From positions 62,001 to 126,000 of the forward strand of contig MU058815.1 of the NCBI GenBank assembly GCA_013265495.1: a stretch of DNA of 64,000 nucleotides. Direction: 5' to 3'. The notes below the pieces were generated by a model. The model was not told the DNA's origin. It worked only from the letters and a program-made list of their open reading frames with translations, and made no database searches. A program made the translations under genes and the position numbers. The stretch comes from Vicugna vicugna. Taxonomy: Eukaryota. How positions within the stretch are numbered: position 1 is the first letter of the stretch; every line of letters starts with the position of its first letter. This document shows, piece after piece, positions 43,044 to 55,412 of this stretch.

Positions 43044-43309
43044 ACACATAGATTAAACACCGCACTCAGTATACCTGACCACTAAGCCAGTATGATGGTC
43101 TCTCCACCCTCAGCACGTTGAGAACAATGTAGCCATGTTGCAAAACTTTGCTCACTCTGCAGCTCAGATCTTTCCAAGAACAGCTCTTTCAAATTATGTA
43201 TAACTACTCAGGTGTTTCTCTCCAGCTCCATTCTGCTTATTAGCAGGAGAAAACAAAAAGTAACCAAGTATCTACTCCACGTTAAATTTAGCCTGATCCA
43301 ATAATTTGG

Positions 43310-43490
43310 TTTTTTCCCTTTTTTTTGTAAGTATAGTCAGTTTACAATGTGTCAATTTCTGGTGTACAGCGTAATGTTTCAGTCATATATATACATACAT
43401 ATATTTGTTTTCATATTCTTTCTCATTATAGGTTACTACAAGATATCAAATACAGTTTCCTGCCCTATAGAGGAGAAATTTGTTTTTTAT
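43310..43490 (-). mobile_element. L1 3'UTR fragment
   Basis: tatagtcagttttacaatgtgtcaatttctggtgtacagc. Confidence 0.85.
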
Positions 43491-44102
43491 CTTTGATCCG
43501 ATCATGATCCAACAGCCCTTCTCAGCCTGTTGAATTACTGTCTCCGGCTTCTCCCCAATATGGCATCCAGTGTGGGAAGAGATGTCCAGAAGTTGTGACA
43601 GTGGAAAGCATTGAGGGTGGCACCCTCTTCAGTCTCTTCCGGTGTCTGGAGGGCTGTTCCTTTCCAGGCACTGGCTGGCCTCATCTACTGGGCTTTATCT
43701 GGGTGCTTTTGTTGATCTTCTAAGTCCCTTGGGAAAAAAGAAGGTGTTGGGCACAAGAAAGAACCTAATCACCGTGGAGCAGCCATACCCGGACCACTAC
43801 TGCGTCTTACTCCACCTCATCTAAAATATAACCAACTGAAAAGAAGGCTAATAATAAACTGAAGAGGAAGGTGATCAGGATGTTGAAGGGATGCAATAAG
43901 ATATGGATGCCTTTTCTTACCTCCTCAGCATCTTTCCTTTCTAAAAGCTAACGGAGAGCTGGGCAGTTTTTGTTTTAAATAAAAAAATGTTGAGGCAGAG
44001 GTCATCTACCTTATTTATGCCTCCCCCCAATAAGACATCTTTGCTGTTTGCATACGAAGGTAAAAATTCTTATTTACTTCAGTTCAAAATATCTTTTTTT
44101 AA

Positions 44103-44579
44103 TTGAAGCATAGTCAGTTTATAATGTTGTGTCAATTTTTGGTGTACAGCATAATAGTTTAGTCATACATGTACATACATATGTTCCTTTCATATTCTTT
44201 TTCATTATAGGTTACTACAAGACATTGAAGATAGTTCCCTGTGCTACATAGTATAAACTTGCTGTTTATCTATTTTATACATAATAGTATCTACAAATCT
44301 CAAACTCCCAATTTATCCCTTCCCCCTGCCTTTCCCCTGGTAACCATAAGTTTATTTTCTCTGTCTGTCAGTCTGTTTCTGTTTTGTAAATAAGTTCATT
44401 TGTCTTTTTTTTTTTAAGATTCCACATATAAGTGATATCATATGGTATTTTTCTTTCTCTTTCTGGCTTAGAACGACAATCTCTAGGTCCATTCATGTTG
44501 CTGCAAATGGAATTATTTTATTCTTTTTTATGGCTGAGTAGTCTTCCATTGTATAAATATACCACTTCTTTATCCAGTC
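44103..44579 (-). mobile_element. L1 3' fragment with TSD
   Basis: 15-bp TSD AATATCTTTTTTTAA at 44088-44102 and 44580-44594. Confidence 0.92.
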
Positions 44580-46097
44580 AATATCTTTTTTTAAACTAGA
44601 AGTTAAGATTATATCCCAGACCTGTTTGATTACCAGGGTTGTATTTTCCTTGAAAACCCCTCTTTTGATCATAATTTCTCCAGGCTGCCTCTCCCACCAG
44701 GCTTGCCATCACCCTCATCTGATACAGCGTGCATGGAGGTGTAACTCCAGGATAACCATTTCTGCCTACTTTGTAAAATATACCTGTGATCATGCACTTA
44801 CGATGCAGCATACTTTGCTAAGTGTTTGACATACTTCTTCCCGCAACCTGCGAATGTTTGTATTTTAATCCTTGTTTTTGATAAAGAAATGGAAACTAGG
44901 AAAATGCAAAGGAATAAACTTGCCCACGGTTCTATAGTCAGTGAGGGCCAGAGCTGGTGTCTGAGCTTCTGACCTATGCTGCTTCTGATTATTAAACGTC
45001 TTTAGTGGCTGTTTTCTAGAGAACGGTATTGTCTTCTTGCTTAGAGTGGGAACCCTGTACCTCTGTACATGCCCTTGGGATCTGTTCTTACCCTCTGACC
45101 TCCATCTTGATGTATTTACTTGCCACGTCCTTTCTTCTCTGGTCTTTGCGGCTTTTTGTGCCATTTCTCTTTGTTTGCTTCGTTAACGGATCAGAATGAA
45201 TTAAGTCATACCTTTTGCCCCATGAAACACTTCTTGAATGAGTATTATGGCGCCTGGTGCTTCTAAATCAGATGTATTTTTAAACTTTTACTGTGGTATG
45301 ATTCCTGTACAGTAAACTACACGTATTTCAGATGTACAATTTGAGGAATTTTGATAGATGTATACACAATCTGATGTATTTTTAAAACTAATTATTATTT
45401 TTAATTCTATGGTACTTAGAGATTCCTCTTCTTAATTTTCTTTTCAAAAAATGTAAGTCTACAGAAAAGCTGGAGGATGAGTCCAACAAACCCTTGCATG
45501 TATCTTTTGCCAGTTTGTTAACTGGTGGAAGTTACATTCACCATTTGTTCTCATTTCTTTTTCTAAGTAAATTGCAGACATTGTGACATTTCACCCTTAA
45601 ATGTTGAAACATGTATTCCTTAAGAATGGGGAAGGTCTCCTGTCGCCATGTATGTATCCATTATTACATCTCAAACTTAACAACTATTCTGAAATGTCAT
45701 ATATACTTAGGATTTCCGAGTACGTCTTCCACAGCTTTTTCCTGTTTCAAATTCATGCATTGCACTTAGTGATGCCTCGTTAGTCTCTTTCAATCTAGAA
45801 CATTGACTTTTCTAGAGTCCAGCAGGCCAGTTGCCTTGTAGAATGTTTGGCTTTTTCAGGTTCCCTCCCCTTCGTTGAAGCATGTTGACTGTATATAATG
45901 TAGAGCTGTTAAATGTAACTGCACTGAAATTGCATCTTGAAACTGAGATATTATGCTGGGTTATTGATAAAAGTGAAATGGGTGTGAAAATACCTCCATA
46001 TGGAATCTCCGGGTATGTGTATGTTTTAGTGTAAATTGTCACATGGAAGCATTTTTAATACGAAGAAATTAAAACTTACCATTGGTTATCTTAGGAG

Positions 46098-46445
46098 TGT
46101 TACAGAAACCTGGATCCCGTGGAGAGACCAAGCGACGCTCGGAGAGTTGGAGAACTCTGGTTTACCACACCGGCGGGCCCAGAGGAGTTACCCTCCAAGC
46201 TCTGGACCCCAACTGCAGGTTTACACAGGCTTTTATGGGGTTTTAGGTTTCAATTAAGTTCGTGCCATATGCAAATGAGGTGTTAGAAATGGGCCAATCA
46301 GGGGTGAGCTTTTGGGAACCAATGGAATTTTAAGGGTAAGTTTCATTTCCTGAGAAGCAAACCGTTTTACAGAAGCACAAAAGTGGGAAGGCAGTGGCCC
46401 TGCCTGGGAGGTCTTGCTGGTCCCTTCGTGGGTTTTGCCCCTTCA
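46098..46445 (-). mobile_element. Probable ERV solo LTR
   Basis: TGTTA...TTCA termini; GC-richer than flanks; ATGCAAAT and two CCAAT boxes; no clear TSD. Confidence 0.6.
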
Positions 46446-47479
46446 GTTAAACCAGAAAACCCTGTGTAAGATTGGTTGTAAATGAATTACTACTGCAGTT
46501 AATCACACAACAAAAGTTCTACAGATATACATCTTGTGGGTTATGAATGATTATTTTATCTTAGCTTCCTGCTCCGCTGACTCATTGCAGGCATTCCTCA
46601 AATGGCAAGAACACCTCAAAGATTCAGAATATATGCATTCTTTGAATTTACTATACGTGTGTCTCTTGATTTAATAGTTTAGCCTTACTGTAGAAATGGA
46701 ATTTGTGCAGGATTCTTACAGACAAGTTGTATGTTTCAAGAAGACAGTATCTACAGCCAAGAATAAAATGACTTAAAAATAGTGTCAGTCAAGGCAGGAG
46801 TAGTTGATTCAGTGCCATCTTTTCTCAGGGACTCGAGCAGTGATGAGTCCTGTCTGTGGAGAACAGACTGTTCGTGCGAAGGCCTATTAGAAATTAACTC
46901 CAAAGCACGTGTTCGCGAGGGTTCTGCTACCATTATAGACAAGCTGTTCTCATTCCATAGAAAAACAAATATGTAATAATGAATTATCACACTTACCTTA
47001 ATGGCTTAACAAAGGTGCATTAGAAAACATTCACAAAAGGGGAGAAGAAGTTTAAAAATGTTCAGTTTTAAAATAACGAATATTTTTACCATATCAGAAG
47101 CCTAACACACAGTGAGCAGTAGCAGATGGTGACTCTTCCAAATAGCTTACAAATTATTGGGAAGGCTGCTGGAACCCAAGGCAGAAAAGAACAAAACAGA
47201 ATGGCTTTGAGGTCAGGTGTAATTTCAGAGATGCTGTGAGTTCAGAGACCAGATGGTATGCTTCAGAAGACTAATTCAGAAATGCTCCCCACCAAACCTT
47301 TAGTAGGTGATTGTTTTTCCAAAGCCTATTTGAACCCCAATCTCCCAAGGAGTGAAAACTTTTAAAGCGGGTCTTATATTCTTTGGCTGTGTCTTCCATA
47401 CAGGGGTATCCAGTATCTCGAAAAAAACACAAATCCAGGTGGATTCGAAGTCTGGCTCTATGTTTGAACCAGGACGTCT

Positions 47480-47735
47480 CGCTTTACCCTTCCCTGCCCG
47501 CAGACTGGGATTCACACCATCAGCCCTCCTGGTCCTCAGGCCTCTGGGCTCAGGCTGTTACACAAATGACTTGGCTTTCCTGGGCCTGCAGCTTGTAGAC
47601 AGCAGAATGCGGGGCTTCTCAGCCCCTCTCTTTTTTAATAGATCAACTGATCGATCGATTGGTAGGGAAATAGGTAAAGATATAGATGTCCTTAAATCCT
47701 GCTGGTTCTGTCTCTCTGTGAGCCCTGATGGATAC
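47480..47735 (+). mobile_element. MLT2-like LTR fragment
   Basis: caccatcagccctcctggtcctcaggcct...gcttctcagcc...ctggttctgtctctctg. Confidence 0.75.
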
Positions 47736-48889
47736 AACAGGTTAACGTCGCATTTCCGCGATGGACACAGTAAGAGCTTTCAGGAGTTCAGACAGCGTTG
47801 GGGCAGGGAGTATGAACGCGCCGCGCCCAGAACCTCGTGCGCTCGGGCCCACTGGCGCCTTCAGCCCTGGCCAGCCACGTTTCCAGAGGCAGAACAGCAC
47901 AGGCCGAAGATTCCTCTGGATGGAGCTTCTGATCTGCTGTCACGGCGGGAGTGAGGAAGGGTCGGGTGGGGTGGGAACAAAAGATGCTTTTGCTCTGGCC
48001 TTGGTGCTCACCACAATGTTCTATGTTTAAGGTACGCCTTGAGTTCTCATAGGGGCATACTCAGAAAAACGACCTGTTACTAGTTCTTTGTTACGCTTTC
48101 ATCATAAACACACATCCCTGTATTTGGAAGGCAGAGCTCAGTTTTGGCAACCTGTTATGGCAGGCAGGCATCAGAGAACTTGGCAAAAACGTTAGGTGGT
48201 GACAAACAAAAGGTAGAAATTTCTAATAACTGTTTCCTTCTGCTCAGCCATTGTTTATTGCTTTCATCAGTTATTACACTACACTTTCCTCCATCACAGA
48301 ACATTCTGGCCTGAGGTTAATTTACTTTCAAACTCAATGAACGCAGGAGTGACACTTTCCTCGTTTCTGCTTTAACACACGACTCCAAGGAGGGGCCAAG
48401 GTGATTCCTCCTACCTAAGGAAAATGAGTTTTCTCTGTGTTTCGCAAGTTTGAGGCCTAATTTGCATATTTCTGGCAAGACAATTATCTTGATTTTCAAA
48501 AAAGACATTCATTTACAATATCAAAAATTTCAGAACCCTTTCGCTTGAATTATCGAAATAATTATCCCAATTTCGCTCAGCAGTGATGTCGATAGGATCT
48601 TAGATTCCATTTGGCCTCCAATACAAAAGCAACTACAAATCAAAGAAGCAAAAAATAATTAATTGTGACATTCATCCTACTTTGCAGAAAGACAAGGAGG
48701 AGGTTCATTGCAATCCACCTTCTCAGTAGCCCTGGCTGGGCCAATCTATTCCTGGTGAAACGCGGAGAAAATGCTGATGTATGAGTGCAAGTTAAGAGCC
48801 AGCCAAATCTCAGGCTCCTATTCGCCACATCACACGGTGACTTGGCTTTAAGGTTTTAGGAGAGAAGAGAAGCGATCTGGTGACTACCT

Positions 48890-49780
48890 GCTGGAAAAGG
48901 CTGGTCCGAGCGGCAGCTTGGGAGTTCTGGGGACGTTCCAAGGAGAACAGCTGCCGTCCCCGATCCATCGCACCGACGCCTTCCCCGGCCCAGCCCGCCT
49001 TGCGGCCCACACGGCCACTGCCACCTCGTGCAGCCAGGACCGCAGCCCCCTTTTCCCGGTGGGAGCCGAGGTCCGTTTCTTCTCCGCGGGTCTGGGCCAC
49101 CGCCTCGCAGAGAACCTCCCGCTTTACTCCAACCAGGCCCCCCTGCGCCACCTCCGCTCTCCCTCCCGGCACCGCCTTGCTTTCCAACCCCGCTCCCACC
49201 CTCCTCCTCCCGGGGGCTCAGGGCGCACGAGGGCGCGGCTGGGGGCCGCGGGGCGGAGCGCTGAGCCCAGCCCTGGCGGGAGCGAGCGGAAGCCGGCAGC
49301 GCGCCGCGCGCTTCGGACGCTTCCCACCCACGTGGCCACACGAGGCGCATGCGTGAAGACGCGCTGTCACGTTGCATCCCCCGCCCCCCCCGGCCGGGCG
49401 CGCGGGCGGCTCGGGGCGGCAGCTGAGGTCAGGGACCTCCGCCCGTGTGCAGGCGCAGGGAGCCCCCAGCTGCCCAGTGGGCGCGGCGTGGGGCTACTGG
49501 GATGGGACCCCACCGCAGCCGCGCATGACGTAGGCCCTGCCCCGACCCGGGAGCCCCGGCGACCTCTGCTGCGTGTCCGTCCACAGCATCCTCGCCTCTG
49601 CTGTGTGTCCGTCCACAGCATCCTTGCCTGCGTGTCCGTCCACAGCATCCTCTGCTGCGTGTCCGTCCACAGCATCCTCTGCTGTGTGTCCGTCCACGGC
49701 ATCCTCTCCTGTTCACCCTCTACGCACCGGCGGGGAATTCTTGTCCTAGATTCATTCCCGCCGTCCTCGGAGTGTTCCCT
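48890..49780. promoter_or_regulatory. Orphan intergenic CpG island
   Basis: Dense CpG/GC tract with CACGTG (49329-49334), GCGCATGCG (49345-49353) and a GC box near 49378; no recognisable coding exon. Confidence 0.75.
49563..49707. repeat. 27-bp minisatellite, 5 copies
   Basis: Unit CCTCTGCTGYGTGTCCGTCCACAGCAT starting at 49563, 49595, 49622, 49649 and 49676. Confidence 0.95.
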
Positions 49781-50215
49781 CACCCCTGCCCACCTGCTGT
49801 CCTGACCTCACGCTGCCTTCCCTGTCTCTCAGCAGGCAGGTAGGAGGTTACGTTTTCCTGCAGCCTGGAATTCAAGGTCCTTGGGCAACTGGTTCTACAC
49901 TTTCTTTTGAATTTTATTTCTTGCGGATCGTCTAAATAAGTTCATTTCTCCAGGGAGGCAGCATACCACACCACGGCCCCCGATGGCGGTATGATCGCTG
50001 CTCTCTGCTCTTCCCAACCGCCAAGTTCTCACCCCACCTCGAGCCCAGCCCGTTCTCCTCCTGCTGAGATGCCCCTCAGGTCTCCCCCTGCAGCTCCTCT
50101 CATGGACCTGCTCTTTCCCGCACATTCTCCCTCTTGGCAATGTCTATTGGCGGTTTCCACATTTAGTGTTTTGGTTTTTCCTTTAGAAGCAAATTCAAAA
50201 CCCTTCAAAAGGAGA

Positions 50216-50355
50216 CACTGTGTAGCTCAGTGGTAGAGGGCCCCTCTAGCATGCGTGAGGTTGTGGGTTCAATCCCCAGTATCTCCATTAAAAATAAATT
50301 AAAATATTTTAAAAGTAAATTAGTAACCCCCACCCCCAAACAAACAAAAAACCCG
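50216..50355 (+). mobile_element. tRNA-Ala-derived SINE (Vic-1-like)
   Basis: A and B boxes plus tail; flanking AAAGGAGA repeats are a possible TSD. Confidence 0.87.
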
Positions 50356-51284
50356 AAAGGAGATAATGTTTCTTGTTACACAACACAAAATTTGGTATCT
50401 ATAGGCAATTTGTATTTGTTGATAATTAGCAGGGCCTCCCTAACTGGGGAGATCCAGCTAAGGTGGTCTCCCGGCCTCAGGGACACGGGTGGTCCAGGTC
50501 CAACTCCCCTTCTAGACTCTGCGGGCTCCTGGGGACGTCAGGCCTCACCACCCCTCCTGCCTTTGGTGCCTGCTCCCAGCTGAGCTGCCTTGCTCTGCAG
50601 AATGCTGACCCACAGATAAAGTCCAGCAAGCAAACAAAATCCACTCACACACAGCATCTGAGAGCCTCCTAGGACTTACTGACAAGCTGAGGAAGAAATG
50701 TTTCTGCCACGTACTCATCAGGGGCTTCCCTGGGCCTCCTCTCCCCTCCCTCCCTCCTCCCTTCCTTTGAAAAGCAGCCTCCGGAGAAGCAGAACCACCC
50801 CCACCTCCATCTTCTCTCACTTTCTCTGCAAAACAACCTGCCTCTTCCTCTTGGAGCCCTGCACCTGCTGACATCCTCGTTTTTAGGACTTTCCCTGTGA
50901 CCCCAGTAGTGCATCAAAGTTTTCTTCTCAAAAAGAAAGTTCCCTCTCTCATGGGAAATCTGGTACAGCCGTTACAGTAACTTTAAAAAAAAAACACCTT
51001 GTTACACTGAAAGATCTGCTTGCTTCAAGGGTGGTTCATTCTGAGGCTTCTGCTTTCCTCCTCCCCCTGTTCTTAAATCGCCAGATATTGTTACTAAATG
51101 ACCTGCTTCCCCGGCCTTTCCCATCCTCAGGATTTCGTCCATGGGTGCTTTCAGAAGGGCCTTATTCTTGACCTCCAGGACCTTGGACTTTATTCGGGCA
51201 CTTTCTCCAAAGTAACCTTTTCCTTCTCAAGCGGTTAAGACTGACAAAATATCAAGGATATTTGGAGGTATCAAAAATGGCAGT

Positions 51285-51495
51285 TACATACTATATATAA
51301 AATGGAGAAACAATAGGTTTCCACTGCAGAGCACAGGGAACTCTATTCAATATCTTGTAGTCTCCTATAATGAAAAAGAATCTGAGAAGGAACATACGGA
51401 TGTGTATGGATGACTGAAACAGCACACTGTACACCAGAAACTGACACAACACGGTAAACTGACTATAATTCCAAAAAAAAAAAAAAAGAATGCAA
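51285..51495 (+). mobile_element. L1 3'UTR fragment with TSD
   Basis: TSD AAAAATGGCAGT at 51273-51284 and 51496-51507; polyA tail. Confidence 0.92.
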
Positions 51496-51522
51496 AAAAA
51501 TGGCAGTCATACCTGTCTGGGT

Positions 51523-51843
51523 TATTTTACTTTTTTCTTTTGAAGTTTTATTTTATTTTTTCAGGGGAGGTAATTGGATTTATTTGTTCATTTGGTTGTT
51601 AAATTGGAGGTACTGGGGACTGAACCCAGAACCTCATGCATGCTAAGCATGCACTCTACCACGGAGCTACACCCTCCCCTCTTACTTATTTTTAGTGTTA
51701 TTTTTATTATTTTTAGTTTTTATTAGATTTGGGGGTAATTAGGTTTATTTGTTTATTGATTGATAGAGGAGGTACTGGGGATCCAACCCAGGACCTTGCG
51801 CACGCTAAGCCAGCACGCTACCACTTGAGCTATACCCTCCCCT
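51523..51843 (-). mobile_element. Two tandem Vic-1-like SINEs
   Basis: Two copies of ggaggtactgggga...acccag...gctaagc...gagcta(t/c)accctccc ending near 51680 and 51843. Confidence 0.9.
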
Positions 51844-52223
51844 CCTATTTGACTGACTTAGTTTACTTTATGAAGAACTTCTGCTCGTCTGCCAGTAACA
51901 TTATCGATACTCAACATGATGACTCAGCAGAGGTGGCCACATGCCCACCTGATGTTTTCAGCAGTGCTCTTTGTCACCTTCTAATGTCACCTGTTCTCCT
52001 TTGCCAGGGCTGCTATTTATCTCCCTTAGCTCTTGCATTGTATTATTTCCTGACGTCCATTAGAATCAGTGGAAGCCAGCTCTGCAGAAAACAGCGCCAA
52101 AGGCTTTAAACGAGCGGTACTTTATCTCACCTTCCCACGTCGCATCCTGGTTCACGTTTCTAAATTAGACTATAGTTCATAATTCTAAATGTTCTTTTAC
52201 TTTGCTATCTTCACTGGAATCTT

Positions 52224-52505
52224 TGTTTTCAAACTGGAGTAGTCAGTTTGCAATGTTGTATCAATCTCTGGGGTACAGCTTAATGTTTCAGTCATGCATA
52301 TACATACATACATGTATTTATTTTCATATTCTTTTTCATTATAGGTGACTACAAGATATTGAATAGAGTTCCCTGTGGACCTGTAGACCGTCATTCTAAG
52401 TGAAGTAAACCAGAAAGAGAAAGAAAAATACCATATGATATCACTTATATGTGGAATCTAAAAAAAAAAAGACACAAATGAACTGCTTTGCAAAGCAGAA
52501 ACAGA
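52224..52505 (-). mobile_element. 5'-inverted (twin-primed) L1 fragment
   Basis: Minus-strand 3'UTR end joined to plus-strand ORF2 end; 14-bp TSD TTCACTGGAATCTT at 52210-52223 and 52506-52519. Confidence 0.9.
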
Positions 52506-53734
52506 TTCACTGGAATCTTGAGTATCCCACAATTTCACATCCTGGGCAAGTTTTTCTTATTTCAGTTTTTCTGGTGCAAGTAGTTTGTGGACACTGTACA
52601 ATGTCACCTCGATGGTTGCACCACTTCGTACACAATCCCAATCCCTGCCCCACAACACACACACGCACACGCACGCACACGCACGCACCCAAATGGGCAC
52701 TGCCAATGTTTCTCATTTATGAAAATTTTTAGTTTTTGAAAATGAGTTCAACAGCTACATTTAAAAAAAAATAAATCTAACATGAGTTTTAAAAATTTCT
52801 TCAATTAACAATGTCTCTATGACAACAAGGTGCCCGCGTACGAGCGGTTGGACTTCAGAAGAGCTAATGTGTGTGACCTTCCACTTGAACTGGAAGACCT
52901 ACCCAGATGTTAGCTGTTTTTATGTGGGAATATTTGCCTCTTGGCAAAGATGAAAAAATAGAGTTATTACACAATTACTATGCCATAGAAAAGTGGATAC
53001 TTAAATAGCACTTGGACTAATTTGCAGAGAAAAGGCACTTACAACGTGGACGCCTCCTAAGGTCCCCCCTTCTCTCCTGCAGATAAGACAGGCTCCCTAG
53101 TCTCGTCTCCCTCAGTCGTACCAGGGGAAAAGCTCACGGGCCAGACGACACTGGGCTGGCCAGCCGTGTCTGGTGCCGTGGGGCCTGGGTTCTGGCTGCA
53201 GTGTTCGGCAAGCCGATCTCTCAGGGTCTCCGTACCCTCCTTTACGAAGTGGGCACAGTGACACCGCCTGGCTCTCTGAATCCGCCCCTCCACACTCCCT
53301 GCTCCCGCTCGCCTCGTCCTGGGCAGGTGGAGGGGACATTCAGCTGTTTCTGGGGCCAGTGTCCCCATCAGCCCCACAGCTGGCGGTTCAGGCTCCCCTC
53401 CCTCCGCTCGTGCACGGGGGCCGACACGGGGTCTCCGTGTTTTCCCGGCTACAGCTTCCTGCCCACCTGACAGCCACCTTGCCGGGAATTCTTATGAACT
53501 TCAGTGCTCGGAGGCTCCCATTTCTTATTTGTTGAATACAATTAAAGATTTGCTTGGCTTTAAACACATTTTATATCACTTTTTGGAGCCTTGTGAGTGG
53601 GAGGGAGAGGCGGTAGCTCTTCCCCAGTTGACATCGTGAGACAGAAGTGTCACAGTGTAACTTACCTTTCTTCAGTTCCTGGCGAGTTTGGAATTGTTTG
53701 TATCGCCCTTTCTTTTTAAGGAGCAACATTTAAA

Positions 53735-53905
53735 ATTCTTTTTTCTTCCTTCCTTCCTTCCCTGCTTTCTTTCTTTCTTCCTTCCTTCCTTTCTTTCTGT
53801 CTCTTCCTCTCTTTCCCCCTCTTTCTTTCTTTTCTTTCCCCCTCTTTCACAGAGGCACTGGGGACTGAAGCCAAGCATGAGTTCTGCCACTGAGCTACAC
53901 CCCCC
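53735..53905 (-). mobile_element. Vic-1-like SINE whose tail has become a CT-rich microsatellite
   Basis: ccactgagctacaccccc head and gaggcactggggactgaa; (CTTC/CTTT)n tail. Confidence 0.8.
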
Positions 53906-55377
53906 ACACCCTAAGGGATAACATGTTAAATATCATCCTGGCTCTATCTTAGATCCTTGGAATTATGACAAAATGACCAAGGAAGAGGGCATCCAGATGT
54001 GACATACTCACCACGATAGCTAACATTACAACTCACAGGGGAGGAACCGTGGCCTCGGGAGGGGGACCTTCCCCCGGCTCTGACAGGTGCATAGTTCTTC
54101 CTGAAAACTCCAGGTTTCCCTTTTTTGTTGTCATCTACTTGCACCTTTACAGTAAGTACCACACAGGACAAAGTTTGGCCGTTCTGGGGACAACGTATCA
54201 ACCATTTTCTTAATATAGTTCTCCTATTTCATGGCTGCGAAACCTCCCATCCCTGACGGGTTCCTCTGGCAGGTTCACAGCCGCATCCCTCGGCACACGC
54301 GCGTGCGCCCGGGGACCACGGATGGTTGTCTCCGTGTCTGGACTCAACCCAGCAATCCACTGGGTGTTGATTCACAGTGAACTTTTTCCCTCCAGATGTA
54401 GTTATTTCTGGTTTTTTTTATTTTGGAACCAAAGCTTTTTCCCTCCAGATGTAGTTATTTCTGCTTTTTTTTATTTTGTTTTTCCCCAGTCGTGAACTTG
54501 GACAGCCTTCTGTTTTCCCGCTTGACACAGAAACTTTACTGCACCTCATAACCCTCTTCTTATTCATGTTGTTAGAGTCGTTGCGTCCATTCTAGGGTGT
54601 GACACCCTTCTGGATCCTAACTTGCCATCCAACATCTTCGCCCTCCTCCACTTTGCGGCATTCCCAAGTGAGATGGGTTTGCCTCTGGGCCCCACCCGGA
54701 AACGGGCAGTTACTGAAGCCAGCAGGCCAGGGGCCAAGTGGGCAACGCACTTCTCCAAGAGGCAGGAGATTTCAGAGAGAGAACGGGTCGCGGTGTCCAA
54801 AGGGACAAGGTGGATGGCATGTGCGTATGTTCCCGCATCCCCTTTAATTCAAAGGATCACTTTGTGAAATAGAAAAGGGCAGGAGGTTTAAGAGCTTGAA
54901 AATCAGGCTTTATTCAAACCAGGCCGTGAAAAAGATGAGGGAGCCCTGAGGCGGGACGTTAGGGCAGGGCTCTTCCCAGGTTCCACCACGAGACACGGGG
55001 AACAGAGCGAGGGTTACCTCACCCGCCACATGTTTTATGAAGCCTGAGGTCCAGCCCCCGCCCCCAACTCTAGGATGAAAAAGAGGTCAGTGTGGAAAAA
55101 GGCAGTTCTGGAGAGGGCTTGGGCGAGGAAAACCGCCATGGAGACAGCTGTGCTGGCCCGACCTTGACCCAGGCCCTGCACCCCGCCCAGAAGCTGGTCC
55201 CGCCCGGTCCGCGTTTGGAGACTTTTACTGCTATGGGGCAACTGAGGGTCCCGGACAAATTGTCAATAACAGTCAAGTCATCAGTTTACTTAGAATGATG
55301 CTTCCTTCCGGGCTTCTGGATCATGAAGAGTTTCCAAACTTGGAGCTATTATATTCATCATTAATGAACTGTTAAAA

Positions 55378-55378
55378 A

Positions 55379-55410
<32 letters not shown>

Positions 55411-55412
55411 AA
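55378..55412. repeat. (GAAA)n microsatellite
   Basis: About 8 perfect units. Confidence 0.95.

Noticed and set aside
47352..47954. 200-aa ORF
   Set aside because: GTG start and runs through an MLT2 remnant; no splice or homology support
49563..49707. CRISPR-like array
   Set aside because: Head-to-tail units with no unique spacers, eukaryotic context and no cas genes
48918..49805. 295-aa ORF over the orphan CpG island
   Set aside because: Non-ATG start, low-complexity R/P/A/G composition, and repeats that come from the minisatellite
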